A stretch of DNA of 64,000 nt. Origin: a virus (Duplodnaviria > Caudoviricetes). The DNA is taken from IMG/VR virus record IMGVR_UViG_3300031992_000030. One strand, given 5' to 3'. Below are positions 28,305 through 34,828 of the stretch, piece by piece. The stretch's first letter is position 1, and every line of letters begins with the position of its first letter. Made by a program: the position numbers and the translations under genes. The notes under the pieces were generated by a model. It saw nothing but the letters and a program-made list of their open reading frames with translations, was not told the DNA's origin and did no database searches.

Positions 28305-28557
28305 TTGGGGGAGAGGGAAGATAGGCGTTCCCCAACGCAATAGTTCCCTCAGGTGGGCTCTTTGGCACCCGGTCACCCAAATCCGGGGCGGTACATTGAC
28401 GGCTGTCCGCAAGCCTCTGGTGGGGATTTTGAAGTGTCCCTAAACTTTAGAATGAGAAAAGTTAAGTTCAAATTTGATATTGCGATACTGCCCCGCACCT
28501 CTTGAATAAGTATTCTTCTCTATTAAACTATCACAAATTTGATACTTAAAGTCCTCG
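28305..28557 (-). ncRNA. Candidate ~250-nt structured RNA with tandem H-type pseudoknots
   Basis: Long hairpin followed by up to four consecutive stem-loop/complement pairs (GGGA/TCCC, GCGG/CCGC, TGGGT/GCCCA, GGGG/CCCC). Confidence 0.5.
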
Positions 28558-28558
28558 T

Positions 28559-28638
28559 TGGTGGAGAATACGGGCACCGACCCCGTCTGAATTTCCTGCT
28601 TGCAAGGCAGGCGACCACTCCGAGCAGTCCCATTCCCC
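28559..28638 (-). tRNA. tRNA-Ala(TGC), atypical T-loop
   Basis: CCTGC-CTTGCAA-GCAGG, G3:U70, T-loop GTCGGTG, CCA. Confidence 0.8.
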
Positions 28639-28645
28639 ATAATGA

Positions 28646-28704
28646 ATGACGCACATAAAAGAGAATTCAGGTCTTTTTTGTTTTTGCTTTGCTGTTGGCG
28701 TCAT
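28646..28704 (-). ncRNA. CAGCAA-family ncRNA 3 (minimal)
   Basis: ATGACGC/GCGTCAT stem, CAGCAA, internal AAAAGACCTGA shared with ncRNA 5. Confidence 0.6.
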
Positions 28705-28711
28705 ATAAAAG

Positions 28712-28787
28712 TGGTGTCTAGAGTAGGGATCGAACCTACCACGCAGGGATTTTCAGTCCCTCGCTCTTCCAACTGAGCTATCCAGAC
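28712..28787 (-). tRNA. tRNA-Phe(GAA)
   Basis: AGGGA-CTGAAAA-TCCCT; CCA. Confidence 0.92.
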
Positions 28788-28792
28788 ATAAT

Positions 28793-28868
28793 TGGTGGGT
28801 GTGAGAGGACTCGAACCTCCACTCCCTTGATTAAGAGTCAAGTGCATTAGCCATTTTGCTACACACCC
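28793..28868 (-). tRNA. tRNA-Lys(CTT)
   Basis: CTTGA-CTCTTAA-TCAAG; CCA. Confidence 0.92.
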
Positions 28869-28871
28869 ATT

Positions 28872-28948
28872 TGGTGCTTGACAAGGGAATCGAACCCTCA
28901 AAAAACTGATTTTGAGTCAGTCATGTCTGCCAGTTGCATCAATCAAGC
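28872..28948 (-). tRNA. tRNA-Leu(CAA), short variable loop
   Basis: ACTGA-CTCAAAA-TCAGT; CCA. Confidence 0.85.
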
Positions 28949-28952
28949 ATAT

Positions 28953-29028
28953 TGGTACCCCGACAGCGACTCGAACGCTGAACCTACACTTTAGAAGAGT
29001 GTTGCACTTCCAGTTGTGCTACCGGGGC
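28953..29028 (-). tRNA. tRNA-Arg(TCT)
   Basis: ACACT-CTTCTAA-AGTGT; CCA. Confidence 0.9.
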
Positions 29029-29033
29029 ATAAT

Positions 29034-29110
29034 TGGTGTCTCCGGAGGGAGTTGAACCCTCAAAACCTGCGTCCTTAGCGCAGTACCTATGCCAATTCGG
29101 TTACGAAGAC
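29034..29110 (-). tRNA. tRNA-Leu(AAG), short variable loop
   Basis: CTGCG-CTAAGGA-CGCAG; CCA. Confidence 0.85.
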
Positions 29111-29221
29111 ATATAATGTCATTTGCTTTCTCACTCGCAAGTGGTTTAATGCTAACTGCCAATGACTTGACGGGGAGTAGGTTTTCATCTCCCGTGAACT
29201 CCTCGAAGTCCACCCGCTATT

Positions 29222-29297
29222 TGGTGACGCGTGCCGGACTCGAACCGACATCTCCAGCTTGAGAGGCTAGCCACCTATTCCATTAGTAGAACGCGCC
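29222..29297 (-). tRNA. tRNA-Glu(CTC)
   Basis: CTAGC-CTCTCAA-GCTGG; CCA. Confidence 0.88.
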
Positions 29298-29301
29298 ATA
29301 T

Positions 29302-29377
29302 TGGTGCGGGTGACAGGGATCGAACCTGCGGCTTTCTGCTCCCAAAGCAGACACTCTTCCACCTGAGCTACACCCAC
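29302..29377 (-). tRNA. tRNA-Pro(TGG)
   Basis: TCTGC-TTTGGGA-GCAGA; CCA. Confidence 0.9.
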
Positions 29378-29419
29378 AAATAATTCCCGTCGTTTATTAC
29401 GCTCTGACGGGTTGAGCCG

Positions 29420-29496
29420 TGGCTCCCGGAGTGGGACTTGAACCCACAAACCACCTGATTAACAGTCAGTTGCGCTACCGATTGCGCCACCCGGGA
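29420..29496 (-). tRNA. tRNA-Asn(GTT)
   Basis: CTGA-CTGTTAA-TCAG; G73-CCA. Confidence 0.9.
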
Positions 29497-29534
29497 ATAT
29501 TCGGAGCCGTTTAACGTCATTGCTCAGGACACGC

Positions 29535-29609
29535 TGGTTGCAGAGGTGGGAGTCGAACCCACTACCTCAAGGTTATGAGCCTTGTGAACAACCGTTGCTC
29601 TTCTCTGCT
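29535..29609 (-). tRNA. tRNA-fMet(CAT) (initiator-type)
   Basis: A1:A72 mismatch, A11-U24, CAAGG-CTCATAA-CCTTG; CCA. Confidence 0.85.
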
Positions 29610-29845
29610 ATATTTCTTATCTTTTTTACATATATATTATAACAAATTTTTTCAAGTTTGTCAATAATGATTTTTTTAATAGGCTGTTTATCAAATCCAT
29701 TTAACGTTTCGCATCGATGGGGGCCCAAATGTAGCTCAAATACAAGTCCGCCTAATCCATCAACCAAAAGCACCTTAATTTATTATAATAAAATAGGTTA
29801 TTGTTCCATTATCAACTACTTACAGGGTCCTCTTACCCAAGCCTG

Positions 29846-29924
29846 TGGTTGGGGTGGTGAGATTCGAACTCACGAAAATACATGGGTCAAAGCCATGCGC
29901 CATTAACCACTAGGCGACACCCCA
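29846..29924 (-). tRNA. tRNA-Gln(TTG)
   Basis: CATGG-CTTTGAC-CCATG; U1-A72; CCA. Confidence 0.9.
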
Positions 29925-29938
29925 ATATTTTTAACAAT

Positions 29939-30016
29939 TGGTGGGTTTGAGGAGGCTCGAACTCCCGGCCCTCTGATTAAAAGTCAGATGCTCTAACCAA
30001 TCTGAGCTACAAACCC
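29939..30016 (-). tRNA. tRNA-Lys(TTT)
   Basis: TCTGA-CTTTTAA-TCAGA; CCA. Confidence 0.92.
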
Positions 30017-30113
30017 ATAAGATATGTTTACAAACGAAGAAGAAAAGTTTCAAAAAGAACTATCGTTTGTTGAGTTACTTTTTATGAAAAATAAGTGAGG
30101 TACGAGATATTGT

Positions 30114-30198
30114 TGGTGCGAGTAACGGGAGTTGAACCCGTATGAATTTCTTCGATGAATTTTAAGTCCATTGTGTATGCCAATTCCACCATACTCGC
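30114..30198 (-). tRNA. tRNA-Leu(TAA)
   Basis: ATGGA-CTTAAAA-TTCAT, variable arm, CCA. Confidence 0.9.
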
Positions 30199-30222
30199 AT
30201 ATTGGAGAGGGCACGAGCCCTC

Positions 30223-30627
30223 TCAAACTTCATTTATTATTACTGTACCTGAGCCAAAGCAAATTATGTGTCTTTGTCCATCCTCATCATCAAAAAGTAT
30301 CTGATTTGAATTGTATTCAACATCAAACTTACCTTGATATTCTTCAATTATATCACCATTAGCATCATATACAATAACTTGTCTTTCAATGCCACCATTG
30401 AAATTGCTATCCTGTGTTTTAAGTGCTCTTGCACCATCTTCAGTATTACCATAATACCAAAAACCACCGGCCCATATGGCAACAGTTATCGCCAAGGTAA
30501 CAACAATAGAAATTATTGTTCCAATTATACTAGCGCCCATATCATAGGCTCCATATGCAATAAGACCACCGATAATCACAATTACAACCGTAAATACGAG
30601 ACAGGTAATAATTGCTCCAATTGTCAT
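30223..30627 (-). CDS. Membrane protein (two N-terminal TM helices)
   Basis: Hydrophobic N-terminus, soluble C-terminal domain. Confidence 0.65.
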   Translation of the reverse strand: MTIGAIITCLVFTVVIVIIGGLIAYGAYDMGASIIGTIISIVVTLAITVAIWAGGFWYYGNTEDGARALKTQDSNFNGGIERQVIVYDANGDIIEEYQGKFDVEYNSNQILFDDEDGQRHIICFGSGTVIINEV

Positions 30628-30866
30628 AGCAATCCATTCTCCTCTTCTTCCGCAACTTCTTTAGAGACAGCAGAACTCATCATATTAAAGAAAGTGATTG
30701 GGTCTACGTTATGGTCATCGCACCAAGTATGCACAACTGCACAAATGGCTGCGGCCAATCCGGTTTCAGAATTATACTTACTAATGGCCCGAGTCAATTC
30801 GTCAAAATTCTCAAAATCAGGAATAAGTATGCTTTTAAGAAAGGTGTCAAAATCCATTTCATTCAT
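30624..30866 (-). CDS. Hypothetical protein
   Basis: Coupled ORF behind consensus promoter. Confidence 0.55.
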   Translation of the reverse strand: MNEMDFDTFLKSILIPDFENFDELTRAISKYNSETGLAAAICAVVHTWCDDHNVDPITFFNMMSSAVSKEVAEEEENGLL

Positions 30867-30950
30867 AGGTATATACTCTCTTTCATTTTTCTTACATATA
30901 TATTATATCATTTTTTTCTTTGTTTGTCAAGAAAGATTTTTCTGTGGAGA

Positions 30951-32447
30951 TTATTTCTCCACAAAAATCTGTGCATATCTGTCACTTAAGATAGTAGCAA
31001 GCATAGCCTCATAAGGTGTCTTATCAAGGTTAGCAAGTAAAGTCTTAAATGTAGTTGCAGAATGACCTGACAAAAGTTGGACGCCCTTTCTGTTAGCATC
31101 TGCGTGGAATGTATTAGACTGACTATTTACATTCCAGAAGATAACGTTAGGGATTTCATAGCCATATACAGCAAACTTTCTTTTCCAATCATCATAGAAT
31201 GTACCGGAAGTGCGAACCGCTCCGTTAATCTGCATATCAGAGATAATTACGAGTGCCTTAGGAAGTTCCTTAGCATTTACTCTATTTCTTACCGCAGTAT
31301 CGAGAATTACCTCAAAAGCAGCGTCGAGGTTTGTAGACATATTCCAGTCTGCGCTAACCATATTACGAATTCTATCACACACAGTTGCTCCTGCAATAGA
31401 AACCAACTTAGGTGAAGAAGAGAATGTCATAAACTTGTTATGGAAAGGGCCGGCCGCACGCTCTGCAAAATACATAGCCAAGCCTACTGAAGAAGCCAAA
31501 GGCAACTTATTGCAACAAGTCATTGAACCAGATACATCTGCCATAACAAGTACATTAGTACCATCTTCAACATAGTTAGGGAGAGCCTTCCACTGAGCCT
31601 CAAGTACTGAATCAGCAGGTATGTCGTTATAACCCCATATACTGCGGTTAAGATTCAAATACTTCTGAACAATATCATAAGGGAAAAGGGTATTAGCCTT
31701 AATCTCCTTTTTACCAGAAGTCACGTCATTAAGATACTCAACAAATCTTTCGCCGTCCTTGTGGGAGAACAAGACACGATACTTTGTCATAGCATTAGAA
31801 GGAACCTTATCATATGCAATAGTGCTAAACTCATTTGCAGAGATAGCGATCTCAACAATATTAAGGTACTTACGAAGTGCCTTAAGAGGTATCTTAAATG
31901 AACGAACATTCTTATATCCCAACTTCTGGGAAGTCAAAATGCCTAACTTACGAGTTGTAGGTGAAGATGCATCAGGTGTCTTGATCCACTTTGCAAGAAG
32001 TGAAACAGGCTTACCCGCGAGCATTGCCGCTCTATCCTTTTCAAACTGTGCCTTCATAACTTTCCACATATCATCTTCACACTTGGTTCCAATAAGGAAA
32101 TACAAGTCATCAAAACGACCATAAAAGCCGATAAGGGCAATATTAGGTCTTACAATCTCAGGGTATCTATCTGCTGCATATCTGAGCAAAGTACGGAAAG
32201 TATCTCTCTCTCCAAGTCCCTCACGAATATCTCTTCCATAGAAGAGAATCTTTGCGGCGAGCTCCTTGTCTTCTGCGCAGGCCTTGTCGAAAAGCTCGTA
32301 TCTACGAGCATCGGAAGTATTACGAAGTGCTCCAATAGTTGCAAAAAGGTCTACAAGACCTTCTCCTGAAGATGATAAGCACTTTCTGCCATTAGCAGTA
32401 TAAGTCCAAGAAGTTTCTCTGCCGAGTAAATCTGCAAAATTTGCCAT
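30951..32447 (-). CDS. DUF2828-type protein: helical (TROVE/Ro60-like) domain + vWA domain
   Basis: TANG, LFYGRDIREGLGER, GRFDDL, SLLAKW, YDKVPSNAM, LFPYDIV, EAQW, MIDAS DVSGSM, FMTFSSSP, ISDMQ, IFWNV, LSG. Confidence 0.85.
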   Translation of the reverse strand: MANFADLLGRETSWTYTANGRKCLSSSGEGLVDLFATIGALRNTSDARRYELFDKACAEDKELAAKILFYGRDIREGLGERDTFRTLLRYAADRYPEIVRPNIALIGFYGRFDDLYFLIGTKCEDDMWKVMKAQFEKDRAAMLAGKPVSLLAKWIKTPDASSPTTRKLGILTSQKLGYKNVRSFKIPLKALRKYLNIVEIAISANEFSTIAYDKVPSNAMTKYRVLFSHKDGERFVEYLNDVTSGKKEIKANTLFPYDIVQKYLNLNRSIWGYNDIPADSVLEAQWKALPNYVEDGTNVLVMADVSGSMTCCNKLPLASSVGLAMYFAERAAGPFHNKFMTFSSSPKLVSIAGATVCDRIRNMVSADWNMSTNLDAAFEVILDTAVRNRVNAKELPKALVIISDMQINGAVRTSGTFYDDWKRKFAVYGYEIPNVIFWNVNSQSNTFHADANRKGVQLLSGHSATTFKTLLANLDKTPYEAMLATILSDRYAQIFVEK

Positions 32448-32474
32448 TGTTTTTTCTCCTTTTCACTTTTCTGT

Positions 32475-32567
32475 TGGCGCCGCCTCTGGGACTCGAACCC
32501 AGACACCGTTTGACCAGCTACTACATGTTTTCAAGACACGTTCCTTACCAATTAGGATTAAAGCGGC
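32475..32567 (-). tRNA. tRNA-Ser(TGA)
   Basis: CGTGT-CTTGAAA-ACATG, long variable arm, G73-CCA; directly upstream of DUF2828 gene. Confidence 0.9.
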
Positions 32568-32627
32568 ATATTCTTAACTTTTGTATATATATTATATCAA
32601 AATTTTTAATCTTTGTCAATTAGAATT

Positions 32628-32786
32628 TTAATCAACGAGAGCATTTTTCTCCCTTATCTCTTTCTTGGCTTCATCAAGCCATTCACAATATTGAGTGAAA
32701 GAACACTCTGAATAAAAACAATTTGGTGAGTGTCTATGAGGACACAAACAACAATGTCTTATATAAACTATATCTTGAGCTTCCAT
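32628..32786 (-). CDS. Small Cys/His-rich protein (52 aa; below ORF-track cutoff)
   Basis: RBS AAGGAG; MEAQDIVYIRHCCLCPHRHSPNCFYSECSFTQYCEWLDEAKKEIREKNALVD. Confidence 0.5.
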   Translation of the reverse strand: MEAQDIVYIRHCCLCPHRHSPNCFYSECSFTQYCEWLDEAKKEIREKNALVD

Positions 32787-32815
32787 AGACACTCTCCTTT
32801 TTGTTTAGTTCTAAA

Positions 32816-32891
32816 TGGTACCTCCGACAGGACTCGAACCTGCAACTGACCGGTTCGTAGCCGGGTAGTCTTCCAATTGGCTTACGGAGGC
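32816..32891 (-). tRNA. tRNA-Arg(ACG)
   Basis: CCGG-CTACGAA-CCGG; CCA. Confidence 0.88.
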
Positions 32892-32897
32892 ATATTA

Positions 32898-33021
32898 TGA
32901 TGGAAACTGTTGGACTCGAACCAACACTACTGCGTCCCAAACTGCATAGAAAAATAGGTTGCTGTCTTAATCACAAAATATGATTGTGTCATTAAGCGTG
33001 CTACCCTTACACCAAGTTCCC
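32898..33021 (-). ncRNA. CAGCAA-family ncRNA 6: tRNA scaffold with the CAGCAA stem inserted in the anticodon arm
   Basis: Acceptor GGGAACT/AGTTTCC, D-arm, AATCAT-ATTTT-GTGATT-AAGA-CAGCAA, GTTGG-TTCGAGT-CCAAC; ends ATCA not ACCA. Confidence 0.65.
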
Positions 33022-33022
33022 A

Positions 33023-33100
33023 TGGTGCGTACACCCGGACTTGAACCGGGGACCTCTCGCTTATCAGACGAAAACTCTATACCAACTGAGCTATGTACGC
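33023..33100 (-). tRNA. tRNA-Ile(GAT)
   Basis: TTCGT-CTGATAA-GCGAG; CCA. Confidence 0.9.
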
Positions 33101-33147
33101 ATAAAATGCTGGTTTGGTTTAACCTCCTGAAACCAGCAAATGGGAGG

Positions 33148-33223
33148 TGGAGCTTCCGGTGGGGCACGATCCCACGACCTAGTGATTACTAATCACTCGC
33201 TCTGCCAACTGAGCTACGGAAGC
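33148..33223 (-). tRNA. tRNA-Thr(AGT), T-loop ATCGTGC
   Basis: AGTGA-TTAGTAA-TCACT; CCA. Confidence 0.85.
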
Positions 33224-33229
33224 ATTAGA

Positions 33230-33306
33230 TGGGGCCAGCGAAGGGACTTGAACCCTTACTTTCTTGATTACAAGTCAAGCACATTAGCCAATTATGTTAC
33301 GCTGGC
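33230..33306 (-). tRNA. tRNA-Thr(TGT)
   Basis: CTTGA-CTTGTAA-TCAAG; CCA. Confidence 0.9.
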
Positions 33307-33311
33307 ATTTG

Positions 33312-33394
33312 ATGACCCCAAGAGCGGCTTCTTCAAAACCGCTTAAAAAACAATGGCGAAGAAAAAATCTAAATTGTTTTGCGGTTGAGGTCAT
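33312..33394 (-). ncRNA. CAGCAA-family ncRNA 4 (CCGCAA variant)
   Basis: ATGACCTC/GGGGTCAT stem, AA-CCGCAA, internal AGCGG/CCGCT hairpin. Confidence 0.55.
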
Positions 33395-33402
33395 AAAAAA
33401 AT

Positions 33403-33560
33403 ATGATTGGTAGGGACTACTTAATCAGGTCTTTTGGCGAGTCTACCCCAGTAAGCCATTTCTGGACAAAAGTTTCGTAGGAACGATTTTAGCACTTTTG
33501 TCAACTTGCATTTCCCTATAAATCATCTGTAATAATAGGATTTGCTGTACAACCAATCAC
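33403..33560 (-). ncRNA. CAGCAA-family ncRNA 5 (multi-hairpin)
   Basis: GTGATTGGT/ACCAATCAT stem, CAGCAA, internal CCTAT/ATAGG and GACAAAAGT/ACTTTTGTC hairpins, AAAAGACCTGA. Confidence 0.6.
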
Positions 33561-33564
33561 TAAA

Positions 33565-33639
33565 TGGCGGTGATACGGGGAGTTGAACCCCGATCTACCG
33601 GCTGACAACCGGTTATAATGTCCGCTATACGATACCACC
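33565..33639 (-). tRNA. tRNA-Asp(GTC)
   Basis: ACCGG-TTGTCAG-CCGGT; G73-CCA. Confidence 0.9.
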
Positions 33640-33693
33640 ATATAAAATACTCCTTTTTTCCAATTTTGGCTGGAGGGTAAGGAGCCAACCAGA

Positions 33694-33771
33694 TGGTGAC
33701 GCGTGCGGGATTTGAACCCAGCGAATACTGCCTTGAAAGGGCAGCGAGTTTGACCACTTCTCCAACGCGCC
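33694..33771 (-). tRNA. tRNA-Glu(TTC)
   Basis: CTGCC-CTTTCAA-GGCAG; CCA. Confidence 0.9.
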
Positions 33772-33779
33772 ATAAACGA

Positions 33780-33925
33780 TGGTCGGGTGGTTTTAAGTCA
33801 TTATTCAACTCTACCTGTCCCGACTTACAGACCACCCAAAGTGTTAGCCGTTGAATAATGACTGTATAAGTTACTGGCTTATTTAACGTCCACGACCTTT
33901 AGAAACTTATTAGAAGGACAAACGC
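33780..33925 (-). ncRNA. Structured pseudoknotted leader of the tRNA transcript
   Basis: 14-bp AGTCATTATTCAAC/GTTGAATAATGACT stem with GGGTGGT/ACCACCC pseudoknot; TCGTGGACGTTAAA motif also near 49660. Confidence 0.5.
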
Positions 33926-34010
33926 TTTATCATATCTCTTAACTTTCTTACATATATATTATATCATATTTTTTGAAAGTTGTCAATTACGATTTTTTGG
34001 TTAAGAATTT

Positions 34011-34143
34011 TTATCGGCTCACACGAGGCCAGGGGGATTTGAACCCCAGTTCTCTCTCTTTTGTAACGAGTATACGGCTAATCACTTTCGTTTACCTGCC
34101 ACAGCTACCCCGATGCTGCATTCTGGCTTCCTATCAGCCGATA
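34011..34143 (-). ncRNA. tRNA-like ncRNA with its own promoter
   Basis: TTATCGGCT/AGCCGATAA outer stem, GCCAG/CTGGC, GGGG-TTCAAAT-CCCC T-arm, no canonical anticodon loop; consensus promoter at ~34167-34195. Confidence 0.5.
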
Positions 34144-34342
34144 ACTTTCTTAACTTTTATATATATATTATATCATAAATTTTTCAATTTGTCAATTAAA
34201 AGTTTTTTGTCTTACTTTTCCATCAGCATCTACTACAAAATAGTAGGTAGGTTTTATATTAAAAGGTAAGGCTTTAATCTTTGCACAAACAGTATCAATT
34301 TGCTTTAAAGACAATTTACTAATTGAGCCAAAACTCATTAAC

Positions 34343-34732
34343 TCATTCCTCCTCTGACTTACCATACTTTTTAATAGTTTCATCCGGGTCTTGACAGAAC
34401 ATAAGGTCGAGTTCATCAGTAGAAATATCAGAAGCTTTTTCTTCATTTACTTCAGTTACTTTCCAACAAGTGGATTCACTCTCTAAATCACAAAGAATTT
34501 CATCAAAATCGTCCCAATAATCTCCCTCATTATCATAATCACAAATATCAATTCTTTCTTCTGCCATTCTTCTATATTCTTCTTCACAGTAAGAGTCAAT
34601 GACATCAAAAGATAATTCAAGAGCATAATTACAAGCATCTTCATACGAAGAGCATTCTTTAACTCTATAAGTTTCTATACCGTGAAGGCCTTCATACAAT
34701 TGTTCAGCTGCCCAAATGAAATATCTTGCCAT
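34343..34732 (-). CDS. Acidic hypothetical protein
   Basis: Start adjusted to MARYF; own promoter. Confidence 0.6.
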   Translation of the reverse strand: MARYFIWAAEQLYEGLHGIETYRVKECSSYEDACNYALELSFDVIDSYCEEEYRRMAEERIDICDYDNEGDYWDDFDEILCDLESESTCWKVTEVNEEKASDISTDELDLMFCQDPDETIKKYGKSEEE

Positions 34733-34828
34733 TTTTCTTACCTTCTTTCTTATCTTTTGTATATATATTATAACATAAAAATTTTTCTTTGTCAAAGAAG
34801 ATTTTTTGATGGTGTATAAATATATAAA

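Noticed and set aside
28305-28557. tmRNA
   Set aside because: Tandem pseudoknots are present but there is no Ala acceptor, T-arm/CCA end or evident tag reading frame.
29115-33688. HDV-like theta ribozymes at tRNA 3' ends
   Set aside because: The trailers are simple H-type pseudoknots; I could not fit the nested double pseudoknot with its catalytic C. The CTCCTCG near 29200 is on the non-transcribed strand.
22975-33771. Stop-codon recoding / suppressor tRNAs
   Set aside because: No CTA, TTA or TCA anticodon found; long genes are open in the standard code and TAA, TAG and TGA all end genes.
26091-33835. Short ORF-track calls overlapping tRNAs (e.g. 27560-27829, 28701-28901, 33516-33835)
   Set aside because: They are translations of tRNA/ncRNA sequence without credible protein features.
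34011-34143. tRNA-Sec
   Set aside because: No UCA anticodon loop and no CCA end.
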